A DNA stretch of 64,000 nt from Moraxellaceae bacterium (lineage in GTDB: Bacteria > Pseudomonadota > Gammaproteobacteria > Pseudomonadales > Moraxellaceae), in contig DPJB01000007.1 in the NCBI GenBank assembly GCA_003543245.1, positions 6,011 to 70,010 on the forward strand, given 5' to 3'. Position 1 is the stretch's first letter. The number at the start of each line of letters is the position of its first letter. A model generated the notes under the pieces. The model saw nothing but the letters and a program-made list of their open reading frames with translations. It did no database searches and was not told the DNA's origin. The position numbers and the translations under genes are program-made. Positions 1 to 9,196 of this stretch are shown piece after piece.

Positions 1-1
1 C

Positions 2-1645
2 ATCGCACTGTTGCAGGACCCGGGCATTTCCCTCGATGAGTTGTGCGAGATCGTGCAGGGACCGGACTTGCCGACGCGCGCCGAAATCATCACGCCGCGC
101 AACGAGCTGATCAACATGTATGCCACGGGTCGTGGCGGCTACCGCATGCGTGCCGTGTACGAAGTGGAAGATGGCGACATCGTGGTGACGGCCCTGCCGC
201 ATCAGGTGTCCGGCGCCAAGATACTGACGCAGATTGCAGACCAGATGCAGGCCAAGAAGCTGCCGCTGGTGGCAGATCTGCGTGACGAATCCGATCACGA
301 AAACCCGACGCGTCTGGTCATTGTGCCGCGCTCGAACCGCGTTGATGTCGACCAGTTGATGAATCACCTGTTTGCAACCACCGATCTGGAAACCACCTAT
401 CGCGTCAACATGAACGTGATCGGGCTGGATGGCCGTCCCCAGGTCAAGAACCTGATGGACTTCCTGACCGAGTGGCTGGAGTTCCGGTTGCTGACGGTGC
501 GTCGTCGCCTGCAGCATCGCCTCGACAAGGTGGAAGCGCGCCTGCACATTCTTGACGGCCTGCTGATTGCTTTCCTGAATATCGATGAAGTCATCCGCAT
601 CATCCGTGAGGAAGACAAGCCCAAACCGGTGTTGATGGAGCGCTTTGGTATTTCCGATATCCAGGCCGAAGCGATTCTTGAACTCAAGCTGCGTCATCTC
701 GCCAAACTAGAAGAGATGAAGATTCGCGGCGAACAGGATGAGCTGGAAAACGAGCGCAAGGGACTGGAAAAGATCCTGGGCTCACATGCCGAAATGAAGA
801 AGTTGCTGGTGCGTGAATTCACCGAAGACATGAACAAGTATGGCGACGAGCGTCGTTCGCCAATTGTCATGCGCAAGGAAGCCCAGGCGCTCTCCGAGAC
901 CGAGCTTTCGCCCAGTGAAGCCGTCACTGTCGTGCTGTCTGAAAAGGGCTGGGTGCGGCAGGCCAAGGGTCACGATGTCGATGGTGCGGCGCTTTCCTAC
1001 AAGGCGGGCGACAGCTTTTTTGCCAGTGCCGAAGGCCGTAGCAATCAGCTGGCGCATTTCATTGACTCGACCGGGCGCAGCTACTCCGTGCTGGCGAGCA
1101 GCCTGCCCTCTGCGCGCGGCCAGGGTGAGCCGCTGTCCGGCAAGCTCAATCCGCCGCCGGGCGCGCAGTTCCGTGGCCTGCTCATGGGCGAGAACAAGCA
1201 GTCCGTGGTGCTGACAAGCAGTGCGGGTTACGGCTTTGTGACCACCCTGGGCGATCTTGAGGCGGGGAACAAGAACGGCAAGGCCATCCTGAATGTGCCC
1301 GATGGTGCCAGTGTGTTGACGCCTGCACTGGTGGCAGCGCTGGAGACGGACCTGCTGGCAGTGCTGAGTACCGAGGGGCGTTTGCTGGTCTTCCCGGTCA
1401 GGGATTTGCCTCAGTTGTCCAAGGGCAAGGGCAACAAGCTGATGAATATTGCGTTGGATGAAAACGAGACCGTAATGGCCGTGGTGACTCTGGCTGAGGG
1501 GCAGAAGCTGACCGTGCAGGCTGGCTCTCGTCACATTACGCTCAAGGCCAGTGATCTTGAGGTTTATCGCGGGGAGCGTGGCCGTCGTGGCGCCAAGTTG
1601 CCGCGCGGGTTCCAGAAAGTGGATGGCATGCGCGTCGAGGTCTGA
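2..1645 (+). CDS. parC: DNA topoisomerase IV subunit A, C-terminal ~547 aa (5' end lies outside the window)
   Basis: The reading frame is open from the window edge. The translation shows typical GyrA/ParC tower and C-terminal beta-pinwheel sequence ([45 protein letters not shown]). Its position upstream of serB and fimX matches the Pseudomonas order as I recall it. Confidence 0.9.
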   Translation: MALLQDPGISLDELCEIVQGPDLPTRAEIITPRNELINMYATGRGGYRMRAVYEVEDGDIVVTALPHQVSGAKILTQIADQMQAKKLPLVADLRDESDHENPTRLVIVPRSNRVDVDQLMNHLFATTDLETTYRVNMNVIGLDGRPQVKNLMDFLTEWLEFRLLTVRRRLQHRLDKVEARLHILDGLLIAFLNIDEVIRIIREEDKPKPVLMERFGISDIQAEAILELKLRHLAKLEEMKIRGEQDELENERKGLEKILGSHAEMKKLLVREFTEDMNKYGDERRSPIVMRKEAQALSETELSPSEAVTVVLSEKGWVRQAKGHDVDGAALSYKAGDSFFASAEGRSNQLAHFIDSTGRSYSVLASSLPSARGQGEPLSGKLNPPPGAQFRGLLMGENKQSVVLTSSAGYGFVTTLGDLEAGNKNGKAILNVPDGASVLTPALVAALETDLLAVLSTEGRLLVFPVRDLPQLSKGKGNKLMNIALDENETVMAVVTLAEGQKLTVQAGSRHITLKASDLEVYRGERGRRGAKLPRGFQKVDGMRVEV

Positions 1646-1725
1646 CGACAGGCGGGCGAAGCATGGCAGCAGGATGAGGCTATGCTTGCTTGTGGTGTAT
1701 TCGGGAGGATGGGCAAGTGACGGTA

Positions 1726-2244
1726 ATGGCATTACAAAAGTCGGTACTGACGCTTGATGACCTTGCACGACTCAGTGCCGAAGAGCTGGGCGGCCTGTAT
1801 CAGGCGGGTGACGTCCCGGCCAATCTTGCCGTGCTCAATGGCGCCACCAGGGGGCGCATGCTCGCGGTGACCGCGCTGGATGGTTCGCCGCTGGCGGGGC
1901 TGGTGAGAACCATCGCGGCATCACGATTTTTCCCCTGGGAAGGCAAGAGCTTTGATACCCGTGCCAGGAAGAGCGGGCATGGCGACAACCGCCTTCGCCT
2001 GCCGTTCTATCGCGGGCACTGGTTCGGATTCCGGACCCGGTTTGGCCGGTCACTGCTGGATGGTGCCGAGTGCATCATGCTCGACTACGACAGCGTTGCA
2101 AATCCGCGCCCTGTCCGTCGCATTCGTGATGAGTTGCGTGAAGTGGTGCCGGGCTTGTACATGGGGCCTGCCATGTGGCGTCGTCGCAAGGGTGGCCCGT
2201 TGCTGTTGCTCTGGTTTGCACTCGACACACGACAGTCACGCTGA
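1726..2244 (+). CDS. conserved hypothetical protein (172 aa)
   Basis: The ORF is 1690..2244. I prefer the internal ATG at 1726 (MALQKSVLTLDDL). Codon usage matches the neighbours and a hairpin terminator follows. I recognise no domain. Confidence 0.55.
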   Translation: MALQKSVLTLDDLARLSAEELGGLYQAGDVPANLAVLNGATRGRMLAVTALDGSPLAGLVRTIAASRFFPWEGKSFDTRARKSGHGDNRLRLPFYRGHWFGFRTRFGRSLLDGAECIMLDYDSVANPRPVRRIRDELREVVPGLYMGPAMWRRRKGGPLLLLWFALDTRQSR

Positions 2245-2290
2245 AGCTGGCCGGCGGTTATGAGCGGGTCACAACGGATGTAGACAGATG

Positions 2291-2316
2291 AAAAACCGGC
2301 CATGTGGCCGGTTTTT
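2291..2316. terminator. bidirectional rho-independent terminator
   Basis: The sequence aaaaaCCGGCCatgtGGCCGGtttttt is a GC stem flanked by an A-run and a T-run. It lies between two convergent genes. Confidence 0.7.
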
Positions 2317-3435
2317 TCAGGCCGTTTCAGCCGGGGTGAGAATGTGCAGGCTCTGGTTGCTGATGAGCTGCTGGTATTCGGGGGCAAATGCCTCGACGAC
2401 GGCAACCTGCAGGGAGGTGTCGTCGCTGACAGCAAGACGGAACGCGGCGCCAAGCCGGCAGGGCAGGGAAATGGCAGCTGTCGGCACGGTGGTCAGAATG
2501 GTGCCAGTCGGAGCCGTGCGCGCCAGGATTTCTGCCTGGGTGGCATCGGCGTGACCATGAGTGACGCCAGCCTTGCACGGCAGGCTGAGGCGGCCACACG
2601 CACGTCGTTCTTCACCGGCATCATTGACCAGTTGCAGAAACAGCTGGGCAGCTGCCAGGGCGCAGAACGGCCTGTCTTCATTGTCGCCGGTGTGAAAGTG
2701 AACAACGACACCATCCACGCCAAAAGGTGTTTCAACTTCGCCGCCATAAAGCCGGGCGGCACGATCAATGAGCTGATCAAAAACCGTGAGCATTTCATCG
2801 GCCATCGCGGCATTGACGCGTCGCAGCAAGCCGTTCGGATCGTCCAGCACAATGTGCAGATGGCTGCCGGGGGTGATGGTGGCAGGGATATCTGCTTGCG
2901 GAACTGGTGCCGCAGGTGTGGGGCGGTTTTCCGGATGCATCGGACGGGCACCACGTGCTGGTGCAGGCTCACTGCGTGCCATAAAGAAGCCGCCAGCCAG
3001 AACCAGCAGGTGGAGCAGGGCGGAAAGCCCGATGTTGCCCAGACTGCCACGGACAATGTCACCGCGTGACGGCGTCTGCAGGCGCAGGTCGACCTGACCG
3101 AGTGCCTGCTGCTGAAGCTGCATGGGGGCGGAAAAGAGCCGTCCCTGATCATCGGTCTGACCTGCTTCCGAGAGGCGCTCGTTTTGCGGCGTGAAGAGGC
3201 GGACACTGGCGATGCCAGGGTGATTCTCGTAACGGGCTGTCAGTACACTCAGGCTGACCATGTCACGGGCAAGGGCGAGTGGTGCGGCCGCATCGGCGAG
3301 TTGCTGTGCCAGCAGGCTGCCTTGCTGCCCCTGACTGTTCCACAGGGCGGTTTCCGTGCTGTTCACGGCGAGAATGCTGTGCACCAGAAAACTGGCACCT
3401 ACCAGTGCAACCCAACGTCCTGTGCCCTTGCTCAT
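2317..3435 (-). CDS. AhpA/YtjB(Smp)-like membrane protein with an extra C-terminal nucleotide-cyclase-like region (372 aa)
   Basis: I take the start at ATG 3435 (MSKGTGRWVALVGASFLVHSIL, an N-terminal TM helix). The longer ORF reaching 3900 would overlap serB. The gene is divergent from serB, as ytjB/smp is in E. coli. The N-terminal periplasmic part resembles YtjB and there is a second TM (IGLSALLHLLVLAGGFFM). Confidence 0.6.
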   Translation of the reverse strand: MSKGTGRWVALVGASFLVHSILAVNSTETALWNSQGQQGSLLAQQLADAAAPLALARDMVSLSVLTARYENHPGIASVRLFTPQNERLSEAGQTDDQGRLFSAPMQLQQQALGQVDLRLQTPSRGDIVRGSLGNIGLSALLHLLVLAGGFFMARSEPAPARGARPMHPENRPTPAAPVPQADIPATITPGSHLHIVLDDPNGLLRRVNAAMADEMLTVFDQLIDRAARLYGGEVETPFGVDGVVVHFHTGDNEDRPFCALAAAQLFLQLVNDAGEERRACGRLSLPCKAGVTHGHADATQAEILARTAPTGTILTTVPTAAISLPCRLGAAFRLAVSDDTSLQVAVVEAFAPEYQQLISNQSLHILTPAETA

Positions 3436-3567
3436 CGTCCTGCCCCTGCCAATAACTGTTCCATTATACCGGGTCATCGCGCTGACGTATCGTTCCGTGT
3501 GTCTGTGAGCTGCCGATGCCGACGGATAATTGCTAGAATCGCCCGAAATCCGCCAGACGACCCGAGC

Positions 3568-4797
3568 ATGCGCGAAATCATCCTTATCACTATTGCTGGC
3601 CCCGATCGCCCTGGTATCAGCGCCCGTATCACGGGGCTGCTTGCCGACCATGACGTCAATATTCTCGATATCAGTCAGGCGGTCATTCATGACCATCTCT
3701 CGCTGGGTATGCTTATTGAGACTCCCTCCGAACAGGAGTCGGCCCTGCTCATGAAGGCGGTGCTGTTTGCGGCGCATGACATCGGCCTGACAGCCCGCTT
3801 CACGCCGATTACGGCAGAGAGTTATCAGCAGTGGGTGGCCGGGCATGGCAAGTCGCGCTATATCGTGACGCTGCTCGCGCGCAAGATCACGGCCGAACAT
3901 ATCGCCGCCGTGTCAGGGCTGGTGGCGGCGAACGATCTCAATATTGACGGGCTCTCGCGTCTGTCCGGTCGCGTGCCACTGGAAAATGAAACCGGAACGC
4001 CCAGCGATACGCGCAAGGCCTGTGTCGAGTTTTCGGTGCGTGGCGAGCCACGGGACATCAATGGCATGCGGGCGGCATTCCTGCGCCTGGCCAACGAACT
4101 CAACCTGGATATTGCTTTCCAGAAAGACAACGCGTTCAGGCGTAACCGCCGCGTGGTCTGTTTTGACATGGATTCGACCCTGATCGAGCACGAAGTCATT
4201 GATGAGCTGGCCAAGGCTGCCGGCGTTGGCGACAAGGTTGCGGCCATTACCGAGCGCGCCATGAACGGTGAACTCGATTTCACCCAGAGCTTCAAGGCGC
4301 GTGTTGCCTTGCTGAAGGGGCTTGATGCCAGTGTGCTGGAAGGCATAGCGGCCAACCTGAAACTCACCGAGGGTGCCGAACAACTGATCGGTACGCTCAA
4401 GGCGCTGGGCTACAAGACCGCCATCCTGTCAGGCGGTTTTACCTATTTCGGTGAGTACTTGCAGAAAAAGCTGGGCATTGACTATGTGCATGCCAATGCA
4501 CTGGAAATTGTGGATGGCAAGGTCACCGGTAATGTGATCGGGCATGTGGTGGATGGCCAGCGCAAGGCAGAATTGTTGCGGGAAATTGCCGGTAAGGAGG
4601 GGGTGAACCTGGAGCAGGTCATTGCCGTGGGGGATGGTGCCAATGACCTGCCCATGTTGGGAATCGCCGGTCTGGGGATAGCCTTCCGTGCCAAGCCGAT
4701 GGTCAAGCAGAATGCCAAGCAGGCGATTTCCACGCTGGGGCTGGATGGCATCCTTTATCTGCTGGGTGTGCGTGACCGTGATCTGGACTTGCGCTGA
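3568..4797 (+). CDS. serB: phosphoserine phosphatase SerB with N-terminal ACT-like domains
   Basis: The start is ATG 3568 (MREIILITIAGPDRPGISARITGLLADH, ACT-like). The HAD motifs are present: VVCFDMDSTLI (DxDST), SGGF, and GDGANDLPML. Confidence 0.9.
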   Translation: MREIILITIAGPDRPGISARITGLLADHDVNILDISQAVIHDHLSLGMLIETPSEQESALLMKAVLFAAHDIGLTARFTPITAESYQQWVAGHGKSRYIVTLLARKITAEHIAAVSGLVAANDLNIDGLSRLSGRVPLENETGTPSDTRKACVEFSVRGEPRDINGMRAAFLRLANELNLDIAFQKDNAFRRNRRVVCFDMDSTLIEHEVIDELAKAAGVGDKVAAITERAMNGELDFTQSFKARVALLKGLDASVLEGIAANLKLTEGAEQLIGTLKALGYKTAILSGGFTYFGEYLQKKLGIDYVHANALEIVDGKVTGNVIGHVVDGQRKAELLREIAGKEGVNLEQVIAVGDGANDLPMLGIAGLGIAFRAKPMVKQNAKQAISTLGLDGILYLLGVRDRDLDLR

Positions 4798-4928
4798 CTT
4801 TGCTGGCGGTATGTCAGCGGAAGCTGAGGCAAACTTCTACGAGCAACAAGCCAGCCAGGCCATAGCGGCCTGACTTAAACGAAATGGCCCCCACGAAACC
4901 CGGGGTGATTCAGAACTATTGTTCAGCT

Positions 4929-6193
4929 TTAGGGGAGGGTTACATAGGCGCCTGTACTCGAGTCGGTAATCGCAAGGCCGCCATGTGCTGGCGGACTCAC
5001 CAGTTTGTAACGGTCAAAGTTGCCATCCGCATCGGTAGCAGCCGGCAGGGTGCCGTTGTATACGCTGTCTTCCGAAATCAAAGTACCCTGAACAGCATCC
5101 GTTGGCGCAGCATTCATGCCGGTAATAGTAATACTGAGCGTGCTGGTCGCGGTCGCCCCCGATGTGTCGGTGACTGTGTAATCGGCAGACACGGTCCGAG
5201 TCGCAGCTTGCGCCAACGTGGCGTTAGCTACATCTGCAGTCGGGTCATAGCTGTAACTGCCATCACTATTCAATAGCAAGCACGCCGGGGGTATTCCGGT
5301 GATTGCAAAGCTTAAGGAGTCACCGGTATCGATATCGTAATCGTTGCCGGCTACAGACCCATTGATCAGAGGGCCATTTTCTTGTGCGGTCGCCACATCA
5401 GTCACCACCACCGGCGCATCGTTGGTGCTGGTAATAGTGATAGTGAGTGCGCCCTGGTCGCTCAGGCTGCCGTCGGTGACGGTGTAGCCGGCGACGCTGC
5501 CGGTGATGGTCGCGCCTTCGGCCCGCCGGCGCTGTCGTCCTGCGCGACGGGTGCGCCGTTGCCCATAATGGTAAATATGTGCTCAACCTCTACCGTTATG
5601 GGGTTGCCTGAGGTATCTGTCACGATAACTAAGGCATGTATTTTATGGGTGCCTGCAGTGCCGAGAGCGCGCCCCCGAACCGCGATAGAAAATGTTTTAT
5701 TGTCGGGATTGATCGTCGTAACCACTTGGGAGCCATCGGGTAACGATAAAGTCACTACGTCGCCGGCGTTTGCTCCTCGCATCCAGCCCGAAATCGTTAC
5801 ATCTGCTCAAGCTTGAATAAGGGAGAGCACGTTATCCCCAGTGATGGGCTCAAGCTTGATGACGGGATCTTTTGCGGCGGATGATCTGTTATTTTTAAAG
5901 GCCCCCGACATTGATGTGCCGCTAAAAAGCCCAGGCAAGGCTACTACTGGAATCAACAGTGGCAGGACGGAACTGGAGTCGAGAAATGCGACAGTCACGT
6001 CCCCGATTGGTTGTTCATCTAGGTAGAGCCCTTCTATGCGAATAACTTATCCTCCGACCAACACTAGCAGTTACGCTGATCCTTCGTGCGCAATTGAAGC
6101 AACATCCTCCTGCGAAAACAGATAGTTGCTGTTGGTGACATCTGGCTCGACAACGTACGTTCCAGCCTTGAAAGGAATTTCGAGGGTCGACAT
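4929..6193 (-). pseudogene. 5' remnant of a giant BapA/LapA-type (Ig-like/VCBS repeat) adhesin gene
   Basis: An AAGGAG RBS precedes ATG 6193 (MSTLEIPFKAGTYVV..). In-frame stops lie at 6071-6073 (TAA), 6047-6049 (TAA) and 5807-5809 (TGA). A frameshift occurs near 5520. Motifs include VIRIEGLYL, ITGDNVLS.., APVAQDDSA, and NDAPVVVTDVATAQENGPLINGSVAGNDYDIDTGDSLSF. The remnant has no RTX repeats or C-terminal secretion signal. Confidence 0.7.
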
Positions 6194-6694
6194 ATCTGGC
6201 AGCTCCTTTGCAGATGTTGGCATCAGTTAAAATGTAAGTGTGCCTTAGAGTGGCGCTGCGCCTATGCGATTTGATTGCCAATGTAATTACTTAAACGTTG
6301 CTGAGCCTGTCGCTTGCCTCCCCTGCAGGAAGAGTGATCGATAATCAGCTGGGGGGGCAGCGGCTGACTGTCCTCAAGTAGGTGGCGCGATTTGCAGGGG
6401 AGCAAGTGGTTGGGTAAGTGCATAGTCGGTAGACATAAGCAAAAACCACCATCGCAAGCACTGATTGAAGAAATACATGCTATTAGTCGGTGCGATAACT
6501 ATCTAAGGGATTACCGGTAGAAAATAGTCGATAAGTGGCGTGGCCAGTTCGGTTAATCATGATGTGAATCAATAAGTATATGCATTGGATTTGTGCGTGG
6601 GATATAGGTGCTATAAATACTAGATGTCGGCACTTTCGCGGTTTTCATGTATCAAGGACGGATATCCCCTCGGGTCAAGAAGAAGGAGATATTT

Positions 6695-7741
6695 ATGGAG
6701 TCTACGTTGGTTGAAATGCGTCCAATAAAAGTGGCTGTGCGGCTATTTGATGCTCGCGAACATTGGCATCTTAGTCGCGCAATCGAAGCGGGGGCGCGCA
6801 TGGCCGGATTCCCTCTGCAGGTTGATGTTCCGGCTGGGGAGGCTGATATTTTGGTGGTGGCGCCCGAGGAGCCGGGTGCAGAAGTTCTATTGCGGGGGCG
6901 TGCCGGTCAGCTTTATCCACTTCCCGTTGCCTATGGTTTGGGGTGTGATGCGACGCACGTCTTGGATCGGCCTGCACGTGCTAGGGATGTTAAGGAGCTG
7001 CTGGAGAGGATCGTTCCAGGCATCATGTCGGCTAAGCCTCTGCACGGTGCCGCAGAGGTTGAGGCGGAGGGCTTAAGGGTGTACTCGCTACCTTTTGGAG
7101 TGAGAAATCTGCAGGCGGTTCTCGAGAACATCATTGAGTCACATCACAATGGTAATCCCTTAGAGGTTTCCTGCGCATCCGGAGGCTCGCTTATATTGAT
7201 TCCGCGCTTGCGGAGGGTATTCGGCGCTAAGCATAAGAGTGCCCATGAGGTGGCTGCCTGCATTAGTGAGGCCGGCGAGCCGACGATTAGGATATTGAGT
7301 CACGATGAGGCTCGTGAGCGTTGTGAGGGAAGCGGTCTTAATGCTGTTTCGCTGGAGTCTGTGGCATGGGAGCTGTCGATGATGGCCGTACCTACTCCGG
7401 TCAATTATAGCAATATTCATGGTCTCTTGGTCAGGCTTAGACGATGGCCGAATTTTTCTCTGCTGCCTCATCGTCAAGTACACCTGCAGCTTGCTGCTTT
7501 GTTGGTGCGCAAACAGATGCCCGTTGCTGAGCTGCTTCAACGGATGCCGAATGAATTTGACACGCTGGCCCGATTTCTCAATGCCTGCTGCGCGATTGGA
7601 GTGCTTGAGGTTTCGCCAGTGGCAGACTCTATAAAAGTGCCAGAGTCGTCTGGCGAGATTGAGTCTGGCGAGATTGAGTCTGGGGGGGAGGTAAAGGCGG
7701 GGATTTTTCGGAAGCTAATCGCGAGGCTTGCGCGGCGATGA
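6695..7741 (+). CDS. hypothetical protein, first gene of the GTPase operon; possible pseudo-receiver N-terminus and DUF742-like winged-helix C-terminus (348 aa)
   Basis: An AGAAGGAG RBS sits 6 nt before ATG 6695. The stop overlaps the next start (ATGA at 7738). The C-terminal segment LPHRQVHLQLAALLVRKQMPVAELLQRMPNEFDTLARFLNACCAIGVLEV resembles the HTH-like core of CvnC/DUF742. Function is not established. Confidence 0.6.
   Translation: MESTLVEMRPIKVAVRLFDAREHWHLSRAIEAGARMAGFPLQVDVPAGEADILVVAPEEPGAEVLLRGRAGQLYPLPVAYGLGCDATHVLDRPARARDVKELLERIVPGIMSAKPLHGAAEVEAEGLRVYSLPFGVRNLQAVLENIIESHHNGNPLEVSCASGGSLILIPRLRRVFGAKHKSAHEVAACISEAGEPTIRILSHDEARERCEGSGLNAVSLESVAWELSMMAVPTPVNYSNIHGLLVRLRRWPNFSLLPHRQVHLQLAALLVRKQMPVAELLQRMPNEFDTLARFLNACCAIGVLEVSPVADSIKVPESSGEIESGEIESGGEVKAGIFRKLIARLARR
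7649..7690 (+). repeat. 15-bp direct tandem repeat, about 2.5 copies (tctggcgagattgag), followed by a G7 run
   Basis: Two identical copies lie at 7649-7663 and 7664-7678, followed by a partial third copy. They encode SGEIE-SGEIE-SGGEV near the C-terminus of the first operon gene. Confidence 0.85.
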
Positions 7742-8301
7742 ACGAAATCTATGAGCTTAAGATTGTGATTACTGGGTGTGTTGGTGCCGGCAAGAGTACC
7801 GCGATTTCTGCAATTAGCGATATTCCGGTAATTTCTACCGAGGTTGACGCATCAGATGAGGTCGCAAAGGAAAAGAAGACTACAACGGTTGCCATGGATT
7901 ATGGCGAGGTTACCTTGGAGGACGGTCAGATTATAAAGATATATGGTACGCCGGGGCAGAAGCGCTTTGCTTATATGTGGGAGATATTGGCAGAGGGCGC
8001 GCTGGGTATCATTATCTTGCTTAATGACAAGCGTCCTGATCCTGTAGGTGATATGGATATGTACTTGGAAAATTTCAATGAACAGATTCGCCAGTCGGTG
8101 GCTGTTATTGGGGTTACTCATGCCGAGGATGATGCTGAGGGAGTGGCAATGTCAAAATACTACGACTATCTTTCGGAGCGCGGGCTTAATCATCCAGTCT
8201 TCTCGGTCGATGCGCGGGATAAGATGCAGATGAGGCTTATGCTGGAAACCATGGCGGCAATTATCGGCAGCGAGGAGATGTTGGATGGAAGAGTTGATTG
8301 A
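7738..8301 (+). CDS. Ras-superfamily small GTPase, CvnD/MglA-like (187 aa)
   Basis: It has the P-loop GCVGAGKST, the segment KKTTTVAMDYGEV, and a G3 motif YGTPGQKRF (PGQ as in MglA and CvnD). Overall it resembles conservon CvnD 'ATP/GTP-binding protein'. It is translationally coupled on both sides. Confidence 0.8.
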   Translation: MNEIYELKIVITGCVGAGKSTAISAISDIPVISTEVDASDEVAKEKKTTTVAMDYGEVTLEDGQIIKIYGTPGQKRFAYMWEILAEGALGIIILLNDKRPDPVGDMDMYLENFNEQIRQSVAVIGVTHAEDDAEGVAMSKYYDYLSERGLNHPVFSVDARDKMQMRLMLETMAAIIGSEEMLDGRVD

Positions 8302-8698
8302 GAGCGAGCCTCAGAAGCGAATCAACGGATACTTGCGTGCGCTCGTGGAGCGGGTTGATTCTTGTGTAGGAGCAATCATTACCACTGTTGATGGGCATCT
8401 CGTGGCGCGTGCTGAGAGATCAGAGTTGCCGGCGAAGCGATTAGCAGCGATGGGTAGTACTTTGATGTCGCTCGGTAATACGATCACGCGTGAGCTTGAT
8501 ATGGGTAAATGCCGCAATGTGATTTCAGAGAATGAGAATGGTGTTGTAGTTTTTCTCCAGGTTTCGCCAAAGTCAGTTCTTGTTGCTGCGTGCAGCGATC
8601 GTGGCAGTCTGGGCATGATGCTAAGTGCTGCCAAGGCGTGTATTGATGAAATATTGCTAGATTCAAAGTTAAATGCTTCAAAACCACAACAACAGTAA
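8285..8698 (+). CDS. Roadblock/LC7 (MglB/CvnB-like) domain protein (137 aa)
   Basis: The sequence VDSCVGAIITTVDGHLVARAE...RLAAMGSTLMSLGNTITREL...VISENENGVVVFLQV...VLVAACSDRGSLGMMLSAAK follows the Robl_LC7 pattern. The start overlaps the GTPase 3' end by 17 nt. Confidence 0.8.
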   Translation: MEELIESEPQKRINGYLRALVERVDSCVGAIITTVDGHLVARAERSELPAKRLAAMGSTLMSLGNTITRELDMGKCRNVISENENGVVVFLQVSPKSVLVAACSDRGSLGMMLSAAKACIDEILLDSKLNASKPQQQ

Positions 8699-8712
8699 GG
8701 AAGGGTATAAAA

Positions 8713-9120
8713 ATGGCTACACTTAATGAGATATGTAAGGGAATTCTGGGTGATGTGGAAGGCGCTGTGGGGTGTGCAGTGGTTGACCTGAATTCGGGTC
8801 TGATGCTGGCAAGTGCGCACAGTGTTCCCTATTTTTCGCAGACGTATATCGATGCGGTGGCTGCTGCATCTGTGGAAATGTTTCGTGGCAAGAATATCGT
8901 GGCTGTGGAGAAGCTGCTGGCCTCACAGCGTGGCGTTCCTGTCAGTAAGAGCATTCAAGAGATGCAGATGACGACGGCAGGAACGTTCCACTTCATGTCT
9001 GTAATTCCAGAAAAGCCGGATGCACTGGTTGTTCTGATTACTTCGCGCAAGGCCAATCTTGGTATGGGTTGGTCTGCGCTGCGTCGTGCCTTGGGTGAGA
9101 TAGCGCCTCTTTGTCCTTGA
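8713..9120 (+). CDS. second Roadblock/LC7-like protein (135 aa)
   Basis: The sequence LGDVEGAVGCAVVDLNSGLMLAS...AAASVEMFRG...MQMTTAGTFHFMSVIPEKPDALVVLITSRKANLGMGWSALR fits the Roadblock pattern but is more divergent. An aaggaagggtataaaaATG RBS is present. Confidence 0.65.
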   Translation: MATLNEICKGILGDVEGAVGCAVVDLNSGLMLASAHSVPYFSQTYIDAVAAASVEMFRGKNIVAVEKLLASQRGVPVSKSIQEMQMTTAGTFHFMSVIPEKPDALVVLITSRKANLGMGWSALRRALGEIAPLCP

Positions 9121-9196
9121 GGGCGATTTATATTTCCGATTGGGCTAGATATCGGGGGCGATTTTGTTGTCTCCCCCGGTATGTCGTGGATTTCAC

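Noticed and set aside
782-1768. A 328-aa ORF on the minus strand, opposite parC.
   Set aside because: It is antisense to a clearly homologous parC frame. Its composition is Arg/Ala/Gly/His-rich, typical of shadow ORFs in GC-rich DNA, and it has no recognisable motifs.
3184-3567. The upstream 128-codon extension of the serB ORF, and the matching extension of the minus-strand ORF up to 3900.
   Set aside because: The two long ORFs would overlap by about 700 nt. Homology-like sequence starts at ATG 3568 for SerB (ACT domain) and at ATG 3435 for the YtjB-like protein (TM helix). The divergent promoter region lies between them.
6316-6403. A 10-bp inverted repeat (CTCCCCTGCA at 6318-6327 and TGCAGGGGAG at 6393-6402) upstream of the GTPase island. 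I considered it as possible mobile-element ends or a large stem-loop.
   Set aside because: The arms are only 10 bp and lie about 65 nt apart. There are no flanking direct repeats and no matching copy at the other island border, so chance is a sufficient explanation.
6591-6618. A possible sigma70 promoter (TTGTGC-N16-ATAAAT) about 80 nt upstream of the first GTPase-operon gene.
   Set aside because: The hexamers are weak or ambiguous and the region is generally AT-rich, so many such matches occur. I did not call it without transcript data.
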